A stretch of 64,000 nucleotides of DNA from Schmidtea polychroa (GCA_044892525.1 CM097886.1:44950001-45014000); one strand, 5' to 3'. Shown: positions 12,868 to 27,617, numbered from the stretch's first letter. The notes: generated by a model not told the origin, from the sequence alone. Program-made: numbers and translations.

Positions 12868-13420
12868 CAGTGGCGTCGCTGGGGTTGGTGTCACAGTGCG
12901 GTAAACTCACGGTGTCACCCGTCCAGGTTTCAGACACAGATTTATTCTTATTTATTCAGCATGTAATAAGTCAACAGTATCAAAATGACAAAAACGAAAA
13001 GCAAATTAACAGAAGGTATTAAAGAACTGTAACAACGGTAATTTATAGATATTAATACATTCTTTAAAATTTTCCTTTCCTGGTCTTCAGAGCTGCAAAG
13101 TCTATGTCCTTCACGGTTTCACTTTCAATTGATAATAGAGCCAGATCAGAAAGTCTTGACTGTCCCATGATGGATCGTAAATAATTTTTTATCAGCTTTA
13201 GTTTTGAAAAGCTCCGCTCACATGAAGCTACAGACCCACAAATTGTGAGAAATAATTAAAGACTTAGAGACAGTATTGGGATAGATTCAAGGAAGCCTCA
13301 TTCTGCTATAAATTGGAAAACATCAAACAATGACGAGTCCTAGGCTTTGTGGAGATCAATATCAGCTGCTTTCATGTGCCTTCTATCATACAATAAATAC
13401 AGAAAAGCGCTGTAGCTAAT
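12868..13420 (-). mobile_element. hAT transposon 3' relic (ZMYM1-like, hATC dimerisation domain)
   Basis: Minus strand reads SVASCERSFSKLKLIKNYLRSIMGQSRLSDLALLSIESE. A CAGTGGCGTCGCTGGGG terminus is at 12868. Confidence 0.85.
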
Positions 13421-13864
13421 ATCCTACCTAAATTTTTACTTCGATAGCATCAATTAATTATGCTTCGAATTTGTATTAATATTTGTTTTACTTTAGTAAA
13501 GAAAGAATTATTTTTAGCCAAAATTTTTATCACATTGATAGATTTTCAGGTTTCGAGGTGAATAAGCTGTAGATCATAAAGTTCAGATTAGAATAAGAAA
13601 TAAGTTGTTAAAAACCTAATACTTTTGTTGTGAATTAAAAGTTTTACTTGAGAAGACGTGTAGTCATTTGTTATTTTGTCCACATACACAAAAAACTAGC
13701 CTGAGTATTCGCACGAATAATTTAAATTATATTTTAGATAGTATAAAGTGATGATTTCTTGGTAGCAGCATTTATTATTTAAAACAATAAAGTGATAATT
13801 TAAGCCCTTTGCTGAGAATAATGTATTTAATTAAAAAAATTTCGACTATAAGATAGTCCTTGTC

Positions 13865-14003
13865 AATCTCCTGGAATTTAGCAATATTCTTCCCGAACAT
13901 ACATTTCTATCTTACTTTTATTTCCTTTTCCTTAATTAAGAAAAAGGAAATAAAGAAAGATAGAAAGGTTTTTCGGGAAGAAGATTGCTAAATTACAGGA
14001 TTG
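13865..14003. repeat. Foldback palindrome with ~65-70-bp arms centred on TTAATTAA
   Basis: CCTGGAATTTAGCAATATTCTTCCCGAA..CTATCTT..TTATTTCCTTTTCCTTAA is inverted against TTAAGAAAAAGGAAATAAAGAAAGATAG..TTCGGGAAGAAGATTGCTAAATTACAGG. Confidence 0.75.
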
Positions 14004-14995
14004 TTTTATATATTTTATATATTTTATATATATTTTATATATTTGTTTTATATAATTGATTGTTTTATATATTTTAAATATATCACAAAAAAATTTTAAA
14101 GCATCGTCCTACACATTCAATATGTATAACTTAGTCATTCATGCAGGATTTCACATTAATTAGGAAATAAATACTAGTTTGTGGAGCTCCTTGTCCTATT
14201 CTGTTGTCATCTTAACAACCACCATTTTAGTCTCTTCATAGGCGTCCTTTGTAGACGACCCCTAAAAGAAGGCAAATTCTACAACAACTCTTTATTGATA
14301 TCAAGAACACAATTGCAGTCAGTGATAACCAATATGTTCAAATGAGACTTGTTTTTTAACAAATCCAATATTCGGTTTAGTATTGTAAAAAAAATGAGAA
14401 TGTTAATGTAAATTTACTATAATTGTTTTTACATTGTTTTTATTTAACTTAATAGCTTTGTTGACCCAAATTACATCAAATATTTACTAAAATTCATATT
14501 TTTCTAATAACAAAATGTATTTATAGTAATTGTTGCGTTTTGTTACATTTGAAGTTTGAAAAATTTATAAATCATTTGTATATAATTTATGGAGCTCATC
14601 ATAAACAAAATAGCGGTAAAAAATTTCAAAAAGCTTTTTTTTTCTTATGTGATTTTACAATATAATGTTAATAATTATAAAAATTACAAGAATAACAATA
14701 ATAATGACAATAATTCATCAATTTTCATATTAATATTTGGAAGACTATAGATCAAAATCATATATAAAGTACAAGATATTTCAGCACAGTCGAATACACA
14801 CTTGAAAACGTCTACCGAAAATTTGTGAATATCAAAAAAACATCGATATCTTTACTGATTCATATTCAATTGTTTTTTATAAATACAGTGTCAATTGAAA
14901 AGAAATCAGATGTGAAAATCGAAAGAAGTTCTTCTAATAATATAAAATGCTATTTCTATAATGATTTTAATGTTGGGATTATACAAAAATGTATA

Positions 14996-16400
14996 CAGTA
15001 GCCGCTCGCTTAATTCTGCATACTGAAAATTAACTGAATTGCGGAGTTCGGCGATTGTCTAGAAAAAAAGGCTTTTTGATCATTCATTGATCCATTAATT
15101 GATTATTTGAATTTAATAGGGTATTCAGTTATCTTTGAATATCAAAATGATGAAAGTATCTGATAAGAGACTTTCTGATGCAGAAAGATTAGAAATAATT
15201 GGTTTGCTGTCATCATCAACTCCTCCAAAGATGAAGAAAATAGCCCGACATTACAATGTTAATGAAAAGTCAATTTGAAATATCAAAAATAATCAGAAAG
15301 AGATAAAAAGACGTATTGAAAATCTCGCTGACTTGGCCAATTCCAGTAGATATCGAGCCTCATATCCAAAATTTTCCATTGGAAAATGTTCTCGAGTAAT
15401 AGTTGTTTGCAAGTCAAAAGATGAGCTTGGTCATCACGCCGTCAATTCTGAAGTTTAATGCAATCCAGATAGCTAAGACACTTGGAATATTCCAAGACGT
15501 ATTCTCAGCATTTGACCGTTGGCTTCAGAAATTCTAAAAGCGACGTGGGATCAAAAACACAAACTTGTTTGGAGAAGGTGGTGAAATTGATAGAGATGAT
15601 CTTGTTTTGCTCAAGAAATTATCTGATCTTGAGCAATTAACTGACACTTATGACATTATGAATGTCTATAACGTGGATGGTTTAACGAGGTGTTTTATTC
15701 TGAAGTTTGCCGTAGGACGCGTCTTGTACTTCTTTTAATGGATAATGCTCCAGGACATGCTGAAGAGTTTATTAGGGGAAATGTAACAGTTAAGGTTTTT
15801 CCTACGAATGTGAGGAAATAAATATCTTCTGCTGCGAGGTGTCATAGCCTATCATGATTTGCCACTGCAGCTAAAGAATCTCAAAGGCTTTCAGCATCAA
15901 AGATTAGGCGCGTTGCGGCTAGTGTCAGTCACGGAAAACCAGTGACTCTTTCAGATGCTGCTGAGTATGCTGTTGAGGCATGGTCAAATTTGTCAGAGTC
16001 ACCATTGAAAAATTACTTTATCAATGCAAATGTAATTCCAGCACTCAAGAAGTACCAATCGACGTTAGAACCCGAACATTTTGATGAATTTCTATCTGGT
16101 TTAAGCAACTGCTCTATTAGTGGTCAGATTGATATGAGTATAATGCAAGATGAATTACGTTGAGTATGTCATATCGATAGTGAATCATCTGTTGAGTATC
16201 AAGAATGTATATTTGAAGACATTTCTGACATCATTGATAACTCAAAATAGGTGAAACTGCTCCTGAAGAAATAGTTCCTGGAGTAGAATCTGATTAAGAT
16301 CATGAACCTTCACTGATTATTATTCAAAATATTTTTTTAGATGAAGTCATCAACAGATTAATGTCTCTGTCAATTGATTTTCAGGCATTGCACGACAACA
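14996..16400 (+). pseudogene. Degraded pogo/Tigger-type DNA transposon
   Basis: TA|CAGTAGCCGCTCGCTTAATT terminus. CENP-B-like HTH KRLSDAERLEIIGLL..KIARHYNVNEKSI*NIK, then WLQKF*KRRGIKNTNLFGEGG, YDIMNVYNVD and LLMDNAPGH (DDE_1). Many stops and frameshifts; right TIR not found. Confidence 0.8.
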
Positions 16401-16514
16401 AGATTATACCTGCTGAAAAAATGAATCGATGCACTCCGGATCTGTTTCACCTAAACTCTTCTGGTTTTTGGCATTGTTGATTGGAGAGTTTATTAAAAGC
16501 ACAAGTGGTTATAA

Positions 16515-16858
16515 CAGTGGTTCTCAATTAATATAAAAGCGCGGAACACCATTCACATGATATTTTTTACGCGGAACACTGACAAAAAATACTTGTTCAC
16601 AATGAATTATCAATCACAAATTACTATGAATCTGTCGTAAACGTAAAAAATGCCTTCTTCTAAGCAAAGAAAATACCACGCGCAACAATAACAAACAATA
16701 AAAACATTTATATATTTGTATGTTTATATATCTGTGTAACGGCTTTCTTATTGAATCATCTTAAAAAAAATTAATTGAGGTTTTTTATGATGTCCCTTAA
16801 ATGCAAATTTTAAGATAAAATGCCATTTTTTTCGTGGAACACGGGTTGAGAACCACTG
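16515..16858. mobile_element. hAT (Charlie-like) MITE, 344 bp
   Basis: TIRs CAGTGGTTCTCAA / TTGAGAACCACTG with a perfect 8-bp TSD GGTTATAA. Confidence 0.92.
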
Positions 16859-17249
16859 GGTTATAAGAAAGCCAATACAAAAATATATAGAAAATTTTAT
16901 AAAATAAAATAAATAGGCCACCACAATGTTCAAGATAATAAAAAGACGCCATAACAAGCCAGAATACAAAGATGCCGTCATAAGGCATAATGTTTAAACA
17001 AATAAATGTTCATTATAGATATTTAATAATATTCGGAAAAAAAGAAAATAAATAATATAAAATAGGTAAATAATAGATATTTATATATGTAGTTATGTAA
17101 TTAATATAATATTGCCTATCCTATTTTATCTTATTTAACGCATGTTATTAACTTTATTTGTCTTATTAAATTTATTGAATAAGGTATTATCTTGTATGTT
17201 TCTTTCGTTTCTTTGTTGTAAGGAGTCTTGTTCTAGTATTGTTTTTTTG

Positions 17250-18333
17250 TGTCTGTCCCTAAAAGTAAAGTCTCAATAGCTCCCAAGGATATCGGTTCTT
17301 GTCCCTTTAGAAACGTCTCAGAATATTTTTTCCCGAAAATATTTGTGTCGTTTATATTCATATTATAAATATTCTCCTTAAAGTCTTTGTTAGTAGGGTG
17401 TTCATGGGCAATATTAGGGCTGTCACTTATTTTCCAGCTCTATTTTTAATGTCCACTTTTAAAAGAAAAGCAGCCACAAGGTTATTGGCTCTTGTCCTCT
17501 CAAAGCAATCTCAAAATACATATATTTTGCTTAATTCCTTTTCCCCTTCTCTCGAAGATCTCTATGCTACTTATATTGTCAATATTCAGGGTATTACTAA
17601 TGTATTCAGTGGCATTATTAGGGATGTTAGTTACGTTTTTGTTATTAAAAATTATAGCTTCACATATATCAGGGTCACTCTTTCATTGTGAGGGGGACCG
17701 CCTTTCTGGAATAGTCCTGAAAGGCCAATTTCAGAGTTAGCAAACTCTATATCAATACTTAGATCAAATCAAATGGTGGCGTAGTCTGAGTTTGATCAAG
17801 GTCTATAAGCCTTGTATTGTTATTCACTTTAAGATTACTAATGTTTATTTGTGAAGATTTTTTGTCTGTTATGATTTGGGTATTATTATTTGTTGGGGTT
17901 AATGGGATGGGCTTAGTGTAATGTGACCTTTGTGAGGTATTTTGGTTAAAAAAAGTGGTGTGTTATCCTGGTTGTTCACTTGTGCTAGCATCGCGTATCT
18001 GTTATTACTCAAAATCGGCTTTGTGGTGTTATTCAATTGTGTTTGGTTTACTATAGCTACAGATTTGGTCCTGTATGTAGGCCTAACTCGATTGCAGTGT
18101 GATGTGCGTTTGTCGTCGTAATTTTCATCAGTTTGGAACAAATATTCAGTAAGCTGCCTGTGTTCAAGTCTGAGCATACAAAAATAGTCAATAAAAATAC
18201 TGTAGTTAGAGCTCTTAGTGCTGTTTTTGAGCCGTCTGTGTATGTCTACGAACAAATGCCTGCTTAAATTGTGTAGGGTATAAATCCTATTGGAGTTGAT
18301 ATTGGGATTCAGTGTGCCTGGCATTAAATTCAC
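17250..18333 (-). pseudogene. Possible non-LTR retrotransposon ORF1-type relic
   Basis: ORF 17899-18333 contains NRYAML. Downstream interrupted frames (EYISNTLNIDNISSIEIFERRGKG..ILRLL) loosely recall the L2/CR1 ORF1 RRM. Weak. Confidence 0.3.
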
Positions 18334-18923
18334 AGTCGATCTTTAAAATCCGATTTATTTACACTGAAATTGGCAAGTTGCTTTGTTGGATTTCATGTTT
18401 GTGTATAAATTCTTTCCATTTTAGAGTAAATCAACGATTAAATATGCAACACAGAAAATATTTATCTTTTTAATTAATAACCACCTTATTCGATATTTGA
18501 AATGTTGATTTTGAAAGCGAGGTAAGCCGATTTAGGCGTAGAAAATATTAATAATAAGTTTGCATTATCTATAACTACAAAACGTACAAAAGTGGGCTGC
18601 TACAGATTGTCAATATTTTGAAATTTATTGAAACGCAATTCTTTAAATATCTCGTTATAAAAAAATGAACTCATTTTCAAAATAACCTGTTCATTTGAAG
18701 CAACCGATTACGAGAGAATACAACTGCCTATATTATCATGTCTAATATGTCCATCATAATGAATATAAATGTTCAATTACGGAAATGGAAATAAAAAAAA
18801 CATTTTATTTGTTCAAAACATATGAAATAAAAATTCACAGCAATCAAGAGTAAAATAATTAATTTTTATCGTGAGACAAACGTGTTTGTAAATTTGAAGT
18901 AAAAAATGTAGAAAACAAAAGTT

Positions 18924-21900
18924 TTAGAATTTATGAACAAAGTTTTTCGAAACTGTTGATTTAGAATCTTGATTACTGTTTTCGGTTGGATTATTGTCTT
19001 TTCGGTGATGATTATTGGACTCATTGGGAGAGGAACTTTTCACGGGGGACTGAGGTGGTTTGTGGGGTGAAACTGCTGTTTCATTCAACCAAGGAGGTTT
19101 CTGATTCAGAATTCCAATATCAGCAGTTCCGTTTCCCATGAAAGGATCTAGTTAATGGTAGATATTCAAACAAGTAATAAATGCCACAAAGACGCCTTAC
19201 CAAATGTGCTCACGTGCCTGGATTTTGTAACGAATTCCGAAAGACCGTTATCATCGGGTTCAAAGGCAATATTGGCATATGATTGGTTGAATTTGCTAAA
19301 ATCTGTGGAATCAGTGACGGAAAACGTTATGTGATTATCGTCAATTAGATCTGAAATTGAGTTGTTCTGTTGTCCAAATGTAAAGATAGATTTCCCTTCT
19401 GGCGGCTCATCGTGATTAAATGTTACAGATTTGTTCATTTTTGGAGCTGTATTAAATTTCCTTTGCAAAGTCGCTAAAATATCCTCGGGATTTCTGTTTT
19501 TCTTTTTACACCGTAACTCAATCATACGATGTGGAACCTTGTAACACTGGGACCGATGACTATCGATGTTGGAATAATGTTTCTTTTTTCTTTGTTTCGT
19601 TATTTTAGTAGTAAATTTTCTTTTATAAAATTTTCGGCCCATTCCTTCTTGCATATTGTGATGGGTCATTTGATCATCAACATCCCTTCTAGTTATCGTT
19701 TTGTCTAAAATTGCTAAATCTGGTATACTCACTGAATTATACAAAGCGTCTGGAATCTTTCCATGAGATTCCGATAAAGAATGCAATGATGCATAACTAC
19801 TCCAAGCTTTTTTATACATGCGAAACCGTACGTCGTTGTCTGATTGAAATAAGTCCTTAATCATTCCGGCACCATAATGACCAGCAATTTGCTGAGCTTC
19901 TGTAATACTCTGATCTCGATGCAGTTTTACAATAGAAGAATGAGAAACACTTCTTTCTATTGACTTTTTACTCATGAACCATTTCTTAAAATGTTTATTA
20001 TTGAATTTTCTATATCTAGTTTCCCATCTAAAACGAAGTGAAGAAGAACCAATAATTGCTTTTATTCCTTCTTTCGTTCTATCGGAAACTTTCTCATTGA
20101 GGCTGACAAATATGGTTTTATCCATGTGAGATTCTAAAGGGATTTTGCATAAATTTACCAGAGGCTTAATAGTAGCTCCGAGAATGAAAACCGAAAAGAA
20201 AACCATGATAAATGTAGCCGTTTGATAAATGTATCGGAATGTGTAATTATCCCCAATTGTCAATGACAAAGCAAATCCAATCGCACCTCTTAAACCTCCG
20301 TGAGACTGGATAAAAAGTCCTTTTCTGTAATCGAGCTTTTCTTTGCGGAAAAAGTTTGCAATAAATCCGAGCGTGTAAATAACAATATATCGAGATACGT
20401 AACACAAAAAAATCAGATAGCAAGTGAAAGGAACGTCCGTATTAGAGGATATTCCAGTTCCGGAAAATGCCGTTAAACCCATAAGAATAAAGACTATCCC
20501 TTCTGACAAAAGAGCTAGCTGTGTTAAAACTTCAGTTACGATTCTATTGCTTGTATATGATAAATTAGCTACAACGTATTGTTTCTGCATCACAACACAA
20601 AAATATAAACTGAAATAAGTTTTGGTTACTTCTGTTAGATATAAAAATTTTCACCTTAGAATTCCCGATCCTTTTATTGTATCCCCAATTACGTAGGTTA
20701 GGTAGTTCAATGAGAACAAAACTACGAATTGCATCGATTGGTGGTGATAAAATAATTTACTAATGTAACTGATAATAATTGCCATTGTACATGCGAGAAG
20801 AACAGATATCCCAAAAGCATACAAGAAAAATACGAATACTAATCCAACACTCTCGAAGAATCTGAGATTCGTAATAGTTTTCATATCATTAAAGGCGCTG
20901 TAAAATACCTAAATTGGGCATAGATTAAATTAATCTGTTCAGTAATCATAAAATGTTTATTATTTAATTTCCTATGTGATGATCGCATATATGTTGGGGT
21001 TAATCGATGAAATAATAAATTGACAATTATCGATCTGACTCTGAGCGTGTTTTGATAAACAACAATAGCGAAATTTTAGTGATCAGCGCAATTACAATCA
21101 CTTCACTAATTACAATCATGCAAAATGATCTGATAAATAACAGTCTTTTATACTTATTTCAACATTTCGTGAGGAATAGTGCTTTTGAATAAACTCAGAT
21201 TTAGGATTGTTATCTCATTGGCATAATTTATGTTACTTTCCTAACTTTGTCTTTGGGGTTTCCGTCTTTGATTTGATATAAATATCAGTTTCTCTAAATT
21301 TTTTTAAATCACTTTTATATATAATCTTCTAAATGTTTTTTCCAATTTATTTTTTGTGTTGTCTAATTATCTGAATTGTATTCTCAGTTAGGTAGCAACT
21401 TTTGATATCAAATATTTGTGATTGGAAATAGCGAATTAGAAATAAACAATTGCCTCTCGAGCCAATTGGCTTTTGTTGTTATTTTGATTAACTTTTTTTA
21501 TTAACTTTAACTTTTTTTATATTTTTTGAATTATAAATTATCATTGTATTTTTTATTATTGCTTCTTTTACATTATTATAAAAATAAAATCAAGTGCAAT
21601 ACAAAAAAAGGCGTGAAATGAAACACAAGCCCATATCCGATATGTCCACTATATATTTATATATGTATATTTGTAGATATAGATCTATTTATAATTGAGT
21701 TGTTTACGGTCGCTTACATTCAGTGTCGGCTGGATGTCGATTAACGCCTTTAGCATAAAAGTAATGGAGCGCTCTTTTTGTACTGTTTATATTCTCATAT
21801 ATAAAAATCCAGTGAATTCGATTTGCATATCTAAGAGATTAAGACACCATGTACAAACTGTTGTGATTTGCGATTCAAAATAAAAAATAACGGGCATCTC

Positions 21901-24900
21901 CGACATAAAAATATGAAAAGAATATGTTATAAATTTCATTATGCGAACATAGGAATTGACAAAATATTCTTTTTAGTATAAAATCATCTCCCTACAACAC
22001 AACAGATTTTATTAAAAATGAAGCAAATAATAAAATATTATAATGTTTATAATATATTTATTTCATCGACTTTCATGCAAAAAATTACAATACAACTTTT
22101 CGTGATTTAATTGCAGCAAACTTGGTAATTCTAAAATAATTCTCGTGTATTATTTTCTTATTTATATAGTTTCAACAAGATACGAGTATACCTATATCAT
22201 CAAATGGAAAGAAATACAGGCATTGATTTTTTAATGAATTTAATATTAATTTAATATTTTAAACAAAAAACAAAAAATACATAAAATACAATACAATTAA
22301 TTATTTTTGCTCCCTATGGAAGAGCCGACCCTGCATACATATACTTATCCATTAATTTTGAATAATTATTTTATTATTTTTTATTATTTTATTAACTTAA
22401 TTTTTAGTTTTATTTTTAAAAAAATTTGGCTACAAATTCAGCAATATTTAGACACTCAATCATTCTGAGTCTATGTCAACCCATAAACACCTTAAGAAAA
22501 ACAATTGGTAAAAATTGTTCACATTTACACTAGAATGAAATGCTTGAAATGCCACAACCAATGTGTCTATATATAAATTTATAATTATTATATACATATT
22601 CAAATGACTATGGATAGGATTACTGAAGTATAAGATAGGTCTAAATCACACTGTCCGTAAAATTATTTTTTCTAGCCAATATTTTATAAAAAAAACTTTA
22701 CAAATCAGGTCAGTTAATATAGATGTACTAAGGTGGCACTGTACATATGTTCACTGAGTTTACTGGTTATACTAAGTTCATTGAGCTGTGACTGCAATCC
22801 ATCACACGGCATGTATGTAAGTAGTAGGATACCGTTTTAGCTACATTTGGACTTTTAAGGGAAAAAGTGATCGAACTGCTATTCACGAATACTAGACAAC
22901 TTACAGTACTTTAAAATTGTTTTAAAAAAATTATGGTCAGGATATAAAATTATAAATTTTCATTATGCTTATAATATTCATATTATATAACCAAGCAAAT
23001 TATAGAAATTTGAAAATGTTAATATTTTGGCAAAAATAGCAAAATACGGGGTGACGCAATTAAGAAATTGCTTTCCCTCTCGGACTCCCATGATTATGTA
23101 TCTATACATATATATATCATGTTTTATTTTCGCTTCAATTATGCGGATCTGACAGACTTTGGAGCGTATTTTTCGTCCGATCCCGTACATGGCATTTGGT
23201 TTTTGAAAGGTTAGAAAGAACTTGAAAAATTTTAAAGATTTGCTTGAACTTCCGGAACTTGCCACGTGAACATATAATAACTAAATATTGTTAGCACTAT
23301 TTTATTTGGACAGGTAATTTTGATTTTTTTCAAAAAATGTCAATCTAAAATGTCAAATACATACCAAATTCAGTTCTAATTGTATTGTTCAAAATTTCAT
23401 AAATTTCAGATTAAAAATTTTATTTTCTACTTTAAATTATTTGAACTATTATTTTATGAAATTTTTGTAGAAATATTTTGGAAAATTATAATTTATAAAT
23501 ATGTATTTTATTATTATAAGAACTTTTTTCAATTTTCACCACTGATTTCTTTTCAACTGCCTTTTCCATTGATTTTGATCAAAATCAATGGAAAAGGCAG
23601 TGTCGAAAATTCGTGAATAACAAAAAAAACATCGATATCTTTACTGATTCATAGTCAAGCTTTTTAGTAGATACAATGTATTTTATTAATTAAAAATTTC
23701 TGTGAATTTTGTCACTGGAAAACCACAAGAGCCACTCAGAAATTCAAATCTCTATAAATTTCATTATTAGTCCTTACAACAGACATAAGCTTTTAGAGGT
23801 ACTGCTTTTCAAATACAGTGTATATATTTTATACAATTGTGATATTCAATGGAAAACGAGAATCAACCATATGGTCTTCAAACTTCTAATGTTTCTATGA
23901 AACCACAAATCAAAAATATTCCACAGGCTAAATTTTGAAAATTTAAGAAGTGAGGATTGTTTGAAATTTACATTTTATCGTTTGACTCTCACTTTGCATG
24001 TTTATGACAAATGAATTTTTCTTAAAATATTGCCGCAAATGTTTTTATTCGACTCATTTCCCGCTGGAATCAACATGTAATTCCATTTGGAGCAATTGGA
24101 AGTATTTGTCTAAAATCTCATTCAAAAATTATAATTTTTCCTCTAAATGTGCATCAGTTTGAACATAAGTTTACATAAGTTTTACACATTTTTGGATTTG
24201 AAAAAAACCATTCCAAACATTTTACATAATTTTTTTAATTGGAAAAATAGCACAATGTAAAATATTTTGTTATAAAGTATTTGTTAAAAAGTACTTCGGA
24301 AAAAATATTAATAAATTGTCAGCTTATTGTAAACCAGTAATAGCCTCAATCAAAAACGTAACTTAAATATCCAAAGGATGTCAAAACCTCAAATATCATT
24401 ATAATGGTATCCATTAATTTGCAGGAAAGGAAGCCCATTGATTGAGATTCTGATTTTTTAAATTTTTTAAAATTTTATTTAAATTTAAATTTTACTATTT
24501 AATCTTAATTTTCTTTTTTGCTCTCTCTTTTAAAATTCAATATACAAAGAATAAATTTTCATGGCTTTGTGAATTTTCAAAAAATTATAGACCAACTTTG
24601 TTTTGAAATCAATCTGTGCCTGGATATTATACAATGAACGCCAAACTCTTTTATTGCGATCCCTCTCTATAAAACAACTTTTGAACCCCTTCAACAAAAA
24701 TAATCTTTACGATCATTTTCTTTTAAATAATATTTTATGTAATGTTTTAATTTTATTTTTTTTGTATTTTATTTATTTTACATATTTTTTGAATTACCTT
24801 CAATTTCATTAATTTTTATTGATTCATCTCTTTAATTTATTTTAGTCCAATTGCTTTTGTTCACTTTTGATGCTTTATTTTCATTTAACATTTCCAATTG

Positions 24901-26298
24901 TTTTATTATTATTTTGTTAATAGACTTATATACAATATTTGTAGGGAAGTACAGAAATAGGAATGTTATCCTTGGGCCCAAAACCACATTATATTATTTT
25001 TTAGATTTTCCAAACTTGACTTTGTATAAAACAATAAAGTGATAATTTAGGCCTTTTGCTGCGAATAATGTATTTAATGAAAAACTTTCGACTATAAGAT
25101 AGTTCTCTTTATATAATTGATAATAAATCATAGAGTGAAATGATATTCAAGAGAGAAAGAGTTCCGAAAAAACGAAAGTTTTAAGGAAAAAAAACAAAAT
25201 TTTAAAATTTTAGAATTTTTAAGTTCTTTTGGCATTCATTCGGTAACGAACATATTTTGTACAAGACGTTTTGTTTGAACTCTAATTAGGTATTCAAAGC
25301 AAAGTAATCTCGAATGCTGATATTTGAAGTAATTGTATTATATTATTTGGGATAATAATCTAATACTTTCGATAATAACAATAAATTACTTTTGTTTTTA
25401 TAAATATTATTTGTTAATTATATGAAAAATTAAATAAAAAATTAAAATCTTACCACTGCCACTCCATCATTAAGTAATGACTCTCCAAAGACCACATTAT
25501 ACACTAATTTATCGATATGCATAGCTTCAAACACAGAAAGCACGGCAACAGGGTCGACTGCACAAATTAGTATTGAGTATAAACCCGCATCAACTAAATC
25601 CATATCTAATTTAGAATATAGATTCCATCTCGATTTGCTTCCATAATAAAGAAGTGGCATTAGAATTGCAGCATTCAGGATTGTCCCGAAAATAGCGAAC
25701 CAGAGAATGGTTCCAATGTTGCGATAAAAAGTTAACTTGTCGGTCGCCCAACCAGCACCCATAACTATTGGAAAAAGAATTATATTGAAGAAAATCTTTG
25801 CACTCAAAGTTCCATCTAAAGTTACTCCCAATAATAGCATTGCGACAGCTGGGATAATTCCCGCAGTAATTAAAAATGCACTTTCTGGAAATATTTTCCC
25901 AGGAGAAGTTCGATGAGTTAGGCAGACAGTGCGACACAAGGATCGTTTCACCACACTAAAATTTGTGGTGAATTTACAATTTTTATAGCATGCTAAACAA
26001 CAATAATTGAACTCTTTTTCTGATACTAAATATATTTAAAATTAATATAATATGAACTCATTTTATATTTTTTTATACCCAATTTTATGAACACAAAAAG
26101 AATGACAAAAGCTGCTCCTAAAATATAAACTTTGTGATCGTCAATATGAACAAATTCAAATGGATTGTATAAGCCATTTCCACTAGAATTCTCAGTTGAA
26201 TGGGCAACGCTTCTTTTAATCCTCAGAATCTGATTCGCATAAATATTGTTGATTGTAATAAATAAAAAAATTAATAATGCTAAGTATTTAAGTGACAT
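18924..26298 (-). CDS. SLC9A: Na+/H+ exchanger (SLC9A/NHE, CPA1 family), ~881 aa; exons 26298-26079, 25992-25454 (alternative acceptor start 26025), 20908-20655, 20609-19201, 19147-18924
   Basis: Signal peptide plus conserved motifs FPES, AVDPVAVL, FGESLLNDGVAVV, SGIL, SEGIVFILMG, HGGLRGAIGFAL and GATIKPLV. All GT-AG junctions preserve frame (total 2646 nt). Confidence 0.92.
23540..23680. mobile_element. Family A foldback element in NHE intron 2, with a perfect 46-bp palindrome core (23556-23601)
   Basis: ACTGCCTTTTCCATTGATTTTGATCAAAATCAATGGAAAAGGCAGT is its own reverse complement. It is followed by the family A arm GAAAATTCGTGAA..CATCGATATCTTTACTGATTCATAG. Confidence 0.75.
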
Positions 26299-26956
26299 TT
26301 AATATTTCTAAATACTAATAGAACTATTTTTGAAATAACTAATTATATATATAATTTATTACAATTCATTATAACAAGCATTGAGGTCAATTAAATTCAA
26401 TGTTATTATTATTTCAGTTATTTACAATTTTGAAATTGTAAAAACATTTTAAATAAGTAAATGTTATAATTAATCTGCTAAAAATATATTCTTTCAGTTA
26501 ATCTAAATTTGATTTATTATAATTAGGTTTAATTAGTTTTGCAAAATAGAGATTTTGTATAAAATATATTGGTGTGCAAATTACCATTTGTTTAATCACA
26601 AAGAAGAAACAACGCAGAAAAATGCGAAGAATTCAAATCATGAAAGAAAAATAGCAAAAAAACGAATGGGAAGGGCGGATGAGTATCTTCCGCGAAGCAA
26701 AATATAAATGAAAGTAAAGCCAAGTAACAATCCGTTGATGATGGAGCTTCAATGAAGGATCATCGGAGGAAATAAGAAGAAGGAGAAACAGTAGTAAGAA
26801 TTGTTACATTGTCAAAATAATTGATAAAATATTATTGAATTTAAATGAAATTTTGTAAACTTTACTTAAATGATAATTTTAGAAAGAGCGAAGCCTAAAA
26901 AATTAAATTTTGTTTTGTTTTTGGGTATGATTTCTTTAGGTGCGGGTGATCTATGG

Positions 26957-27617
26957 CAGAGGTTCCTAACCTTTTCAAACTCAAGGACCATTTTAAAAAT
27001 TATGTGTATCAGTGGCGGACCATCATTGGACAATCACTCGTGATTAGGTGGTCTGGCGAAACAGTAATACACACAAACCCGAACGCAAGATATTTCTCAT
27101 CATACCTTCGTACGACATTTCGCTTCTTTCTACCCGGAACAACATTTTTTCTTCAGATTCATCTTCTGACGAATCTGATGAATCCTAATTTTGATTACTA
27201 ACGTTGTCTTTTGTGTTTTTAATAAAATATCTGTCCATTTTAGAAATGAATATTATACTTATTTATATAACGAATTTTATTTTATTGACTTTTAAGTTTA
27301 TTCAATATTTTATTTTTTTAACCATGACAGGAAACAAGAAAGCCTATTATGCATGGTTAAAAGTAAATTTAGTTTAAAGTTTTAGCTGTTTGTACTGCCA
27401 TCTGACAATGCATTGCAATATTAATTTATTTTTTAATAGTTTTAAATTTGGGTTACTTTGACATTTTTACACTATTAAAACTATAATTTAAAACGTTTTT
27501 TGTTCCTGAATAAAAGTTTTATTGAAAAATATATTAAAAAACAAAAAACACACAATTCTAGCACCATATTCGTAGACCACGTAACTACTCGTCGCGGACA
27601 CAGGTTGAGAACCTCTG
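26957..27617. mobile_element. hAT MITE, 661 bp
   Basis: TIRs CAGAGGTTCCTAACC / GGTTGAGAACCTCTG; TSD ATCTATGG / ATTTATGG (7/8 match). Confidence 0.85.

Noticed and set aside
15942-16163. ORF 15942-16163 as an independent gene (similarly 8768-9001, 30119-30301 and 30363-30572)
   Set aside because: These are fragments or shadows of the pogo, hAT and integrase relics.
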